DNA of 33,416 nt, taken from Deltaproteobacteria bacterium (GTDB lineage: Bacteria; Myxococcota_A; UBA9160; SMWR01). Each line of letters opens with the position of its first letter. The first letter of the stretch is position 1. Shown here one piece after another: positions 1-7,960 of this stretch. The position numbers and the translations under genes are program-made. The notes under the pieces were generated by a model. The model saw only the letters and a program-made list of their open reading frames with translations, searched no databases and was not told where the DNA came from. The stretch spans positions 1-33,416 of the forward strand of contig JAQBGU010000142.1 of NCBI GenBank assembly GCA_032128375.1, in the 5' to 3' direction.

Positions 1-34
1 CCCTGTGCAACTGACCGAGGGCATTCAAGAAACC

Positions 35-82
35 TGGAGCGGGAAACGGGGATCGAACCCGCGACCCTCAGCTTGGGAAGCT
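35..82 (-). repeat. att-like duplicate of the 3' 48 bp of tRNA-Gly(CCC) (attR-type fragment)
   Basis: 35-82 is identical to 2733-2780. Similarity continues past the CCA end: AACTGACCGAGGGCA at 9-23 equals 2707-2721. The D-arm and 5' acceptor strand are missing. Confidence 0.95.
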
Positions 83-156
83 CGTGACAGAATTGGCCCA
101 AGTGCGGGTCGCTACGATTGAAATCATGAAATCATGCACCACTTCCCCCGCTCCCT

Positions 157-182
157 TGCGACTCATTGCGACATGGTGCGAC
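157..182 (+). repeat. Three TGCGAC direct repeats at 10-bp periodicity (candidate protein-binding or integrase arm-type sites)
   Basis: TGCGAC at 157, 167 and 177, with an inverted copy GTCGCA at 213-218, about 75 bp inside the att duplicate. Confidence 0.55.
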
Positions 183-315
183 AAGTTCCAGCTGTTGAAT
201 CCGCCCAATTCGGTCGCACCGGGTTGTCAAGCTCGCGTCCGATCGAGCAAGAGCACCCGGCTTGTTTGTGTCCGAGCGCCAGTGACTCGCAGCCCTGCCC
301 CCTAGGCACCGCGCG

Positions 316-717
316 TCAGGCGCTCGTATCGGCCCCCGTAGTCCCAACCCGGCGCAGTGCATACAGGCTGAGGCACGTGAGCGCGACCTCGGTTGTGACG
401 GCGCTCGCGTGGAAGGGGTTCACGTCACCGTCGAAGAGCAGGCCGAACGCTCGACTGAGCGCCAACGCACCGAACAAGAGCCCGACCAGGACCAGCGCCA
501 AGCGGACCCGGCTCGCTTCGCCAGCCGCCCAGAGAAGGAAGGCGCCCAACCCGAGCTGGAATCCGCCGTAGGTTGCACGAACATCTGTGAGGCCACTCGG
601 AGTCAGGGCGCCGAAACCGGCTGCGTCCGTAGGGAAGCCGGGGGTGAATAGATAGAGGACACCCATTAGGATTGTGAAGGCGCCGAGAATCCGCAGGTAG
701 GTGCAGGCGAAGGACAT
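316..717 (-). CDS. DUF4345-like small membrane protein (~133 aa, about 4 TM helices)
   Basis: Hydrophobic ORF with the DVRATYGGFQLGLG motif. Start set at ATG 717, which follows GGAGG at 723-727. Confidence 0.8.
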   Translation of the reverse strand: MSFACTYLRILGAFTILMGVLYLFTPGFPTDAAGFGALTPSGLTDVRATYGGFQLGLGAFLLWAAGEASRVRLALVLVGLLFGALALSRAFGLLFDGDVNPFHASAVTTEVALTCLSLYALRRVGTTGADTSA

Positions 718-1047
718 GCTGGCCTCCCATTGTCCGTCGGCGGACACGGCTGACAGTCCTAGCGAATCTTGTTAGTTTTCGAAACCCATAGGCTGACACC
801 GAGATGGACTTGCGCCTTCAGACTGCCCCCGGATTTTCTGGAAAGAATGATGAACGAGCACTCCCGTTCACCGAGCCACGTACTCAACCTCCGATCACAC
901 CCACAGCGGCTCGCCACGGTCTGCTCCCCACTACCGCTGCACTTGCCTACCCGATGGTGCACCTGTCGGCCTCCACGCTCGACAGGGATCTACACACTAG
1001 AAGTCGTTCTACACAGTCGAGATCCGCAAGGTCACCCCATCAACTAA

Positions 1048-1063
1048 TGCCACAACCGTGCCA
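1048..1063 (-). promoter_or_regulatory. sigma54-like -24/-12 element TGGCACGGTTGTGGCA
   Basis: GG-N10-GC spacing with a perfect TGGCACG -24 box. The -12 box is TGGC rather than TTGC. Confidence 0.35.
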
Positions 1064-1171
1064 CACGATGACATCACTTCAACCGGATATTGGGCTGGAA
1101 CCTGAAGCGAGTAGTCGGAGGTGCCAAGCGCAGCCGGAACAGCCTGCGAGCGAGCGCGTTGGAGGAAGCTA

Positions 1172-2527
1172 GTGGTGAAGACGAGTGTTGCCGAGACAAG
1201 GGCCGGAAGTGTACTGCTCCGACGCGGTCGTTCTTGGATGTCCTGCCTCAGTCTCAGCGTAAGCGCGGCGACGCTCGCGTGTTTCCAGACCGGGGGCGTC
1301 CGCCCAGCGTCGGATGGCGTCACTCCCCTGACGCGGATCGTCCCCGATGAGACCATTGCCGTGAGCTCGTACGGAGTGACGGGGCCAGCGGTGAACGCAG
1401 ACTGCCAATTCGTCCAGGTGACGGTCAACAACAACGTCTACGTCTTCGATCGCCGCGCGGGCGAGTTCGAACTGGCGAGCCGGTCATCGTCCGGCGAGCC
1501 CGGCGACTCTCACTCAGCGGGACTGCTCCCCGGTGGAGGGCGACTGAGCGACGACGGGCGAGTCGTCGCCTTCACCTCGCTAGCTAGTGATCTGGTGCCC
1601 ACAGAGCGGGGCTTCGAGAACGACATCTTTGTGCACGATCTGGCGTCGGCTGAGACGCTCAAGGTGAGCCGGTCGCATACTGACGGCGGGTCGCGGCTGA
1701 GTTCCGGCGGGGAACGCCTGAGTGGAAACGGTCGCGTGGTCGCGTTCCAGTCGATGGCCGATGACCTCGTCGCTGAGGATGCGAACGGATTCATCGACGT
1801 CTTCGTGCACGACCTCGATACCCGAGAGATTACACTGATAAGTGCTTCTGGAAACGGGACACAAGCCAACGGCCCCGCCAAGACACCGGCGCTCGACGCA
1901 ATCGGACGCTTTGTGGCCTTCACCTCAAAGGCGAATAACCTGGTCCGCGACGATCGCAACGAATCCTGGGACGTCTTTCTGCACGACCGCTTGCAGGGGA
2001 CGACGGAACGCGTCTCCTTGGGCACGGGTGGCAGTGAAGCGAACGGCAACAGCGATCTCTCTTGGTTGAGTTCCGATGCTCGTTTCGTCGTCTTCGCGTC
2101 GGACGCCTCGGACCTCGTCCCCGGGGATACCAACCGAGCGCGGGATATTTTCCTACGCGACCGCATGACCGATCGCACGAGTCGCGTGAGCGTCTCATCG
2201 AAAGGGGCGCAAGCAGACGAAGCGAGTGACTACCCCGTCGTAAGCGGCGATGCGCGCCTGGTGGCCTTCGTCTCACGCGCCGCCAATCTCGTCCCCGGGG
2301 ACACGAATGGCGTTCCCGACGTGTTCGTGCACGATCGCGACACGGGTCGAACCGAGCGCGTGACTCTTTCCACAGACGATCGCGAGGCCAACGATGAGAG
2401 TGGCACCTTCGGCGTAGCCCTCAGCCGAGACGGCAACTGCATCGCCTTCGACTCCTACGCTACGAACCTCGTATCGGATGATGACAACCGAAGGATGGAC
2501 GTCTTCGTGCGAGACCTGCGCCAGTAG
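1172..2527 (+). CDS. TolB-like / PD40-repeat beta-propeller protein, possibly an exported lipoprotein
   Basis: Repeats of the type S.DGR.VAF.S.A..LV..D.N...DVFVHD....T.RVS. Likely start GTG 1172 after GGAGG 1161-1165 (the ORF is open from 1121). Hydrophobic stretch ends in TLAC. Confidence 0.85.
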   Translation: MVKTSVAETRAGSVLLRRGRSWMSCLSLSVSAATLACFQTGGVRPASDGVTPLTRIVPDETIAVSSYGVTGPAVNADCQFVQVTVNNNVYVFDRRAGEFELASRSSSGEPGDSHSAGLLPGGGRLSDDGRVVAFTSLASDLVPTERGFENDIFVHDLASAETLKVSRSHTDGGSRLSSGGERLSGNGRVVAFQSMADDLVAEDANGFIDVFVHDLDTREITLISASGNGTQANGPAKTPALDAIGRFVAFTSKANNLVRDDRNESWDVFLHDRLQGTTERVSLGTGGSEANGNSDLSWLSSDARFVVFASDASDLVPGDTNRARDIFLRDRMTDRTSRVSVSSKGAQADEASDYPVVSGDARLVAFVSRAANLVPGDTNGVPDVFVHDRDTGRTERVTLSTDDREANDESGTFGVALSRDGNCIAFDSYATNLVSDDDNRRMDVFVRDLRQ

Positions 2528-2687
2528 CGGCGCTGATGAGGTCCGATCTTGACTTCATCTGAGGCACGGGAAGCGGAAAGTCGCGATCGAGGTCTAGGGC
2601 AGCGGCTCGAGTGCCCTTGCCAGCGGGTCCACGATGGCGGCGCGAAACGGCTCTAGCCGGCTCCGGGTTCTGAAGGCGACGCCCCGA

Positions 2688-2720
2688 AAGACAACGCCCC
2701 CGGCCTAACTGACCGAGGGC
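2688..2720 (-). terminator. Intrinsic terminator-like hairpin downstream of tRNA-Gly
   Basis: Minus strand reads GCCCTCGGTC-AGTTA-GGCCGGGGGC (10-bp stem with two G-U pairs), followed by GTTGTCTTT. Confidence 0.6.
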
Positions 2721-2732
2721 ACCCAGAAAACC

Positions 2733-2807
2733 TGGAGCGGGAAACGGGGATCGAACCCGCGACCCTCAGCTTGGGAAGCTGATGCTCTACCACTGAGCTA
2801 TTCCCGC
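2733..2807 (-). tRNA. tRNA-Gly (anticodon CCC), CCA encoded
   Basis: GCGGGAATAGCTCAGTGGTAGAGCATCAGCTTCCCAAGCTGAGGGTCGCGGGTTCGATCCCCGTTTCCCGCTCCA, 75 nt, folds into a full cloverleaf with a GTTCGA T-loop. Confidence 0.97.
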
Positions 2808-2874
2808 TTGGGGCTTAGACTGACACGGCTCCGGGCTCGCGGCAACCCGGCGGTTTCGGTGCTGTGCGGGTGAT

Positions 2875-3174
2875 TTACTCGTGGTAGGTGGTGTGCTTTG
2901 GCGGACCGGTGAGGATGTTGAGCTTGCCCCAGTCGGTGACTTTCTTGAATGCGTCGGACGCCACGAAATCGCGGAATGCACGCTCGTTCGCCCAGCGGGA
3001 TACCACGAGATAGACCGGACTGCCTTTTTCGACACTGCGGTCGACGCGGCGGTAGATATCGGATTCGTCGTGGCCGTCGATGTCGGCCATCAAGTCGATG
3101 ACCTTCGCGCAGGCGGCCTCGAAAATCTCATCCTTGCCGTCGCGTACGAAGTAGTTCATGCCGATCGTGACCAC
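2875..3174 (-). CDS. Antibiotic biosynthesis monooxygenase (ABM) / heme-oxygenase-like domain protein (~99 aa)
   Basis: V.DGKDEIFE...YLVVSRW....AF..FVASDAF pattern. Start GTG 3174 after GGGGAGG. Confidence 0.8.
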   Translation of the reverse strand: MVTIGMNYFVRDGKDEIFEAACAKVIDLMADIDGHDESDIYRRVDRSVEKGSPVYLVVSRWANERAFRDFVASDAFKKVTDWGKLNILTGPPKHTTYHE

Positions 3175-3258
3175 GCCACCCTCCCCGGTTTGTGTTTGTA
3201 TTGATGGGTTCCGCACGAAGATAGCCGTACGGACCGAGTGGGCAATCACGGTTTCGGG

Positions 3259-4275
3259 TCAGTCGTCGAGGAGTTCGACCAGCAGATCCGCAGGATCAGC
3301 GAATGCGTCCTTCGGCGGGCCGTCTTTGTGTGCCCGCGAGACCGGCCGGGGGTTCGACAGCACTCCGGCCAGCTCTTCATCGAGCCCGTTCAGCGTGTCT
3401 TCGAAATTCATGTCGCAACTCGCCGCATCGACGGACGCATCATCCTGGGTTGTCGGGGACTGCGACGACCAGCCGAGATCTCTGTGGGCGCGCTCGACGT
3501 CGACGCTCGCGACTCTTTTGCGACCGCAAAGGAATGCCTCGAACAGTGCGTTGTCGGCGAGTTTGTTCATGCGTCCGGGGTAGCCCTCGCCCAACTCACG
3601 CAATGCGGCGATCGCGTCAGGCTGCAGAATGGCCGGCTTGCCCGAGACTTGACGAATTCGATGTTCGAGGTACGCGGCCGTCTCGTCCTGGCTGAACTGG
3701 GCCAGCTGTACGCGAACGTCGACTTGATGGGCAAGAATTGGATCGCTCCGAAAGGCGTCAGCCAGCTTTTCCGGTCCCGTCAACACCAACGAAAGCAGCC
3801 GCCTATCTTCGTACTCGAGCTTCAGCAATCCACAAATCTCGGCCAGCGAACTCGGTTTTGCGAGCGCATCTGCATCGTCGATGATCAGGATCGCGTGTCG
3901 CCCGTCTTCGCGAACGATCGCCAGACTCTCGTAGATTTGCGCGATCAGGCCTTCGCGCTCTGTTGCTGGCTCCTCGACACCCAGCTGCACCGCGTAGCGC
4001 CGCAACATCCATGACGCGTCAGAGGCGCCGTGTAGCACGACCATCATGCCCGCCTCGAACATCTCCTCTTCCAGGCGGTCGAGCAATCTCCGGACGGTCA
4101 TCGTCTTGCCGGATCCGGTCGCCCCAATCAGCACCGTCAGCCCCCGCGCCTGACGCACAGACCGTTCGAGACGACGCAGCGCATCCTCTTGGGGGCCGGC
4201 CTCGAAGATGGAGCGCATCAGCGGTTCGTTGCGAAACGGGTCGTCAGAGAGTTGGAAATGTCGAAGATGTTCCAC
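3259..4275 (-). CDS. ExeA/GspA-family AAA ATPase
   Basis: N-terminal HFQL..DPF..EP, Walker A GATGSGKT, Walker B LIIDDA, Y..HRI and GYPGRMNKLADNAL motifs. Confidence 0.88.
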   Translation of the reverse strand: MEHLRHFQLSDDPFRNEPLMRSIFEAGPQEDALRRLERSVRQARGLTVLIGATGSGKTMTVRRLLDRLEEEMFEAGMMVVLHGASDASWMLRRYAVQLGVEEPATEREGLIAQIYESLAIVREDGRHAILIIDDADALAKPSSLAEICGLLKLEYEDRRLLSLVLTGPEKLADAFRSDPILAHQVDVRVQLAQFSQDETAAYLEHRIRQVSGKPAILQPDAIAALRELGEGYPGRMNKLADNALFEAFLCGRKRVASVDVERAHRDLGWSSQSPTTQDDASVDAASCDMNFEDTLNGLDEELAGVLSNPRPVSRAHKDGPPKDAFADPADLLVELLDD

Positions 4276-4283
4276 AGCTCACC

Positions 4284-7200
4284 TCAGAAAAATGAGATTT
4301 TTCTCTGCTTGCGAGCCTTCGGAAGCTCGGGTTCAGATTCTGTTTCGGGCGCGAGTTCGAACTCGGGTTCTGCGTCCGCTTCGGGCTCGATTTCAAGAGC
4401 CGGCTCCGGCTCGAACTCAGCTTCCGGTTCGAGGAGGGCTTCCATTTCGAGGATCTCGGGTGCGCCATCCTGCTCGACCGTTTGTTCCGGACTGTCACCC
4501 ATTGGCAGTTCGGACGGGTCCTCGAACGCCAGTTCAGGGGCGTCGCCGAGCACCACTTCCGGATCGCTCGGGTCTTGCTCCGATTCAGCATTGACATCGT
4601 GGAATCTCTGGTAGCTTTCGGACTCGAGGTCCGAGTCGAAGTCCCTCTCTTCGTTTTCCGATTCTTTGAAGAAGTCGTCGAATGATTCGTAGTGGATCTC
4701 GTCTCGCACCGGCTTGTCGGGATCGCCAAGCCCTTCCAAACGCGAGCCGACGTCGGCGAATTTCGGATTCACGGCTTGTACAGCCAAGTATTCGGTCGTC
4801 GCCGACTCGATGTCTCCACTCTGCTCGAAGCATCGACCCAGGTCGAAACGAAGCCCCAACACCTGCTCCGTAGCCAGGTCATCGGTGTCGAGCGCCATCT
4901 GTAGGTGGGCAATCGCATCCTCGGGCTGCCGCGCATCGAGTGCACAAAGCCCAAGCAGATGTAAACACCCCAATCGTCTGCTCGGGCTGGCCATCGCCGC
5001 ATTGAACTCCGTCACGGCATCGTCGAGCAGACCCATCTCACGATAAGCGATGCCGAGGTCGTAGTGCGCCTCGAAGTCGCCCTCGCTCAGCGTTTCGCTG
5101 ACACCCTTCTTGAATTCGGCGAACACTGCTGCGAAGCCGTCGTCAGACGTATCGGCGGAATTTCCCGATGTGTTCTCATTCGGATCTTCATCGAGAGACT
5201 GGCCGATTTCCGCTGCCAGATCGAACCCGAAGTCATCGCCTTCCGGCTCTGTTTCGCCTTCGTCGCTGCCTTCTTCGCTGCCTTCTTGAGTGTTCTCACC
5301 CAAGTCGATGCTGGTCACGGCCAATTCGGGGGCTGCCGGCTCTGGCGCTGCCACGTCCGGCGCAGCCATCGACTCACCCGGTGCGTCTGCGTCGTCGACC
5401 GGCAATCCGAGCACGAACTCGGGCGGATGCGTTTCGTCCGCGACATCGTCGGAGTCCGGGTCAGAATCGTCCAGGTCGAAGTCGACCTCGAAATCATCAT
5501 CGAATTCGATTTCAACGTCCGCTCCGAGAGCGATATCGGCTTCTGCCGGCGTATCTGGGAACTCCCCGGACAGGTCTTCACGGAGGTCTCTCGTATCGCC
5601 GTCGGAATCGCCTGTAGTGTCTCCCGTCGCATCGATCGGATCGAACGAACCGATCGAGAAGGCCGCAACGCCGAACTCCTGTTCGGCGACCTGTTCATTG
5701 AAACTGTGGGCAAGAGCCAGATCTTTGGAAATCGGACCGATCTCTCGTTCATCGGTCAGCGACAGATCGTCGTTCCAATCCGTGAGTTCATCGCCGATAT
5801 CCGTCGACTTCGGCTCGTCGGGCACATCGCGCTCGCGCGCTGCTAGCGGCGCAGCGGGTTCACTCCCGGCTGCACTCGAACCCGGGTCCTCACCGCGCTG
5901 CGCTGCGACCTCGCCCATTCGCACCAGCGCGTGGGGGTGATGGGGCGCTACTTCGAGTACGCGCGAATAGATCGCCTCAGCCTCATCCAACAGCCCCTGC
6001 TGAAGATAGAAGTCTGCCTCTTCGATATCCTCGCCGATCTGCCCGGGATTGGCTTCGCGAACGATGGAGGTATCGAATGTGAGCGCTTCAGACTCCTGTT
6101 CGCCGATCGAGTCGCGTGCAGTCACTTCGGCCTGTGGTTCGATTCTCCGTCGGCCGGTCGGATCGACTGCGAAGCGGGTGTCATCCAGGTCAATCTCGAT
6201 GTCGTCGAACTCGATTTCTTCGAGGTCAGACTCGGAAGAGCGCGGATCGATCTCCGACAAGGGCTCACCGAAATCGACAGCGATGTCACCCATCAGGTCG
6301 GCGGGAATCGGCGACTCATCAGTATCGGGATCACTCTCCTGCGAACTCATCGGGGCTTCGAAAACCAGCTTGCCCGCCGCAGCCGCGTCGATCGCTGCAA
6401 TTCGATCTCGAATGGCTTTGGCAGCATCGATTTCATCGTCTTCGAGAGCCAGTTTGACCGCCTTGGACCACAACTTTACTGCGCGAACCTTGTCGTCGGC
6501 TTCGACGAATGCCTCGCCCAGCTTCTCCAGCGCGCCGCGGTGGCTCGGATCGATCGCCAGAACACTTTCTAGGGTCGCGACTGCCTGATCCCGCTTGCCG
6601 TATCGGAGATAGACACTGGCCTCCGCGAAGAGCTGGTCAACATCATGAGCTAGCGGCTCAGCATCCTCGGGAATGAGCCTGGTCATCTCGTTCACATCGA
6701 ACTCGCTGTTGCGTGCCGAAATCGGAATCTCGTCGCGTTGATCGAGCCCCGTCATGAGGCCGAACCCCGATTCGCCGTCGCCCAGCAGTTGGGAGTCGTC
6801 GGCCATCAGGTCTTCGTCGATCAGGGAGTTCTCGTCGCCGAACTCGGCACGACCATCGTCAATCGGGCCTAGCTCGTCGAGCTCGTCCAGGCTGCTCGGG
6901 CCGTCGGACGCGTACTGGGCTTTGCCAGGCGCGGGTGACATCTCACTCTCATCGAGGTAACCGTTCGGCTCGGTCGTCGGGGAGAAGCCTGTCGGCGATA
7001 TGTAGCGCTGCAGAATCTCTCGGGTTCGATCTTCGTCCCCTCGCTCGCGATACAGCTCCGCGAGCTGACGGTAGAGTTCGATGAGTTCTGCATCCCGGCC
7101 TGTGGCGCGAAGCACCTCTCCCAGTAGTTCGTATTGGGCCGGAGAGGGGTCTGCCTCGAGTGCTCGTCTCGCGAATGGCTCGGCGTGATTGACTTCTCCG

Positions 7201-7841
7201 CGATCGATCAGGTTGCGCGCATAGCCTGCGAGTGAGGAGATGCGATCGGGGTCGACATCGAGAAGCCGCTCGTAGACTTTGGACACGCCTTCTGCGTCAC
7301 CTTGGGCGTGCAGCTCCTCGACGACGGCGTCGTACTCGACAACCGCCTCGTCGTTCATCCCCTCCTTGTGGAGTAGGTCTGCGACTTTCAGGCGACTCGT
7401 CGTGTTGGACGGCTCCAGCATCGCCATCTTGCGCAGCAAGCCCAACGCGGCGACCTTGTCGCCGGAACGGTAGAAACCGTCCGCGGCGACTTGAAGCGCT
7501 CCGGTGGCCTCGCCGGTCAGTCCCATCCGCTGGTACAGCTCGGCGAGCTGTTCACAACACGCGAAGGACCCGGAATCGAGATTGAGGATCTGCTTGTACA
7601 CGGCTACCGCGCGCGCGTCAAAGCCCTCTCTCATGTACTGCTCGGCAACCTTGGAATAGGTCTCTATCGCCTCGGCAACCTGTCCCCAACGCCGGTGCAC
7701 GTCACCGATCTCGAGACGCAGTTTTGCGTCTCGAGGATCGAGTTTCAGCAGCGTGTCGTATTCCTTGAGCGCCTTGTCCCTGGCGCCCTTGGTGGCATAC
7801 TTGCGCGCTGCCTCGAGAACTTTTCGCTTATTGACCGCCAA
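4284..7841 (-). CDS. sgmX: Large TPR polar scaffold, SgmX-like (1185 aa)
   Basis: N-terminal TPR array (KGARDKALKEY..LLKLDPRD), very acidic linker, C-terminal TPRs beginning DFEAHYDLGIAYREMGLLDDA, and a RKISFF terminus. Position downstream of pilQ/mglC and upstream of an ExeA gene matches what I recall for Myxococcus. Confidence 0.75.
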   Translation of the reverse strand: MAVNKRKVLEAARKYATKGARDKALKEYDTLLKLDPRDAKLRLEIGDVHRRWGQVAEAIETYSKVAEQYMREGFDARAVAVYKQILNLDSGSFACCEQLAELYQRMGLTGEATGALQVAADGFYRSGDKVAALGLLRKMAMLEPSNTTSRLKVADLLHKEGMNDEAVVEYDAVVEELHAQGDAEGVSKVYERLLDVDPDRISSLAGYARNLIDRGEVNHAEPFARRALEADPSPAQYELLGEVLRATGRDAELIELYRQLAELYRERGDEDRTREILQRYISPTGFSPTTEPNGYLDESEMSPAPGKAQYASDGPSSLDELDELGPIDDGRAEFGDENSLIDEDLMADDSQLLGDGESGFGLMTGLDQRDEIPISARNSEFDVNEMTRLIPEDAEPLAHDVDQLFAEASVYLRYGKRDQAVATLESVLAIDPSHRGALEKLGEAFVEADDKVRAVKLWSKAVKLALEDDEIDAAKAIRDRIAAIDAAAAGKLVFEAPMSSQESDPDTDESPIPADLMGDIAVDFGEPLSEIDPRSSESDLEEIEFDDIEIDLDDTRFAVDPTGRRRIEPQAEVTARDSIGEQESEALTFDTSIVREANPGQIGEDIEEADFYLQQGLLDEAEAIYSRVLEVAPHHPHALVRMGEVAAQRGEDPGSSAAGSEPAAPLAARERDVPDEPKSTDIGDELTDWNDDLSLTDEREIGPISKDLALAHSFNEQVAEQEFGVAAFSIGSFDPIDATGDTTGDSDGDTRDLREDLSGEFPDTPAEADIALGADVEIEFDDDFEVDFDLDDSDPDSDDVADETHPPEFVLGLPVDDADAPGESMAAPDVAAPEPAAPELAVTSIDLGENTQEGSEEGSDEGETEPEGDDFGFDLAAEIGQSLDEDPNENTSGNSADTSDDGFAAVFAEFKKGVSETLSEGDFEAHYDLGIAYREMGLLDDAVTEFNAAMASPSRRLGCLHLLGLCALDARQPEDAIAHLQMALDTDDLATEQVLGLRFDLGRCFEQSGDIESATTEYLAVQAVNPKFADVGSRLEGLGDPDKPVRDEIHYESFDDFFKESENEERDFDSDLESESYQRFHDVNAESEQDPSDPEVVLGDAPELAFEDPSELPMGDSPEQTVEQDGAPEILEMEALLEPEAEFEPEPALEIEPEADAEPEFELAPETESEPELPKARKQRKISFF

Positions 7842-7909
7842 GGACCCCGTCCTGTCCGCCGGTGACTGCTGCTGATCGGGAGGTGTCGGGATTCCCCCTC
7901 CAAATCTCT

Positions 7910-7936
7910 GTATCGGCTGGCGATGGGGCGTCTTGA
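7910..7936 (-). promoter_or_regulatory. sigma28-like promoter upstream of the sgmX-like gene
   Basis: TCAA-N15-GCCGATAC, about 70 bp upstream of the start codon. Confidence 0.55.
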
Positions 7937-7960
7937 GCGCTCTTGAAATCGATCCGCTGA

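Larger units (their letters stand above)
35..2780. mobile_element. tRNA-Gly-targeted mini genomic island or island remnant (~2.7 kb, no integrase)
   Basis: Bounded by 48-bp direct repeats that start in the tRNA anticodon stem. Carries two accessory genes and no recognisable recombinase. Confidence 0.75.

Noticed and set aside
35..82. Second tRNA-Gly gene
   Set aside because: Only the 3' 48 nt are present. There is no D-arm or 5' acceptor strand.
2533..2560. Hammerhead ribozyme core (CTGATGAG)
   Set aside because: The following stem is not followed by GAAA. The bases are better explained as a simple hairpin GATGAGGTC/GACTTCATC after the propeller gene.
2594..2665. Gene remnant on the minus strand (..RLEPFRAAIVDPLARALEPLP*), possibly of an integrase
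   Set aside because: Too short, with no start codon or recognisable catalytic motif.
83..2732. Integron cassette array
   Set aside because: No RYYYAAC...GTTRRRY attC sites recognised, the cargo genes are divergent, and there is no intI.
2817..2845. sigma70-like promoter for tRNA-Gly (TTGCCG-N17-CAGTCT, minus strand)
   Set aside because: Plausible position, but the -10 match is weak, so it is not listed as a feature.
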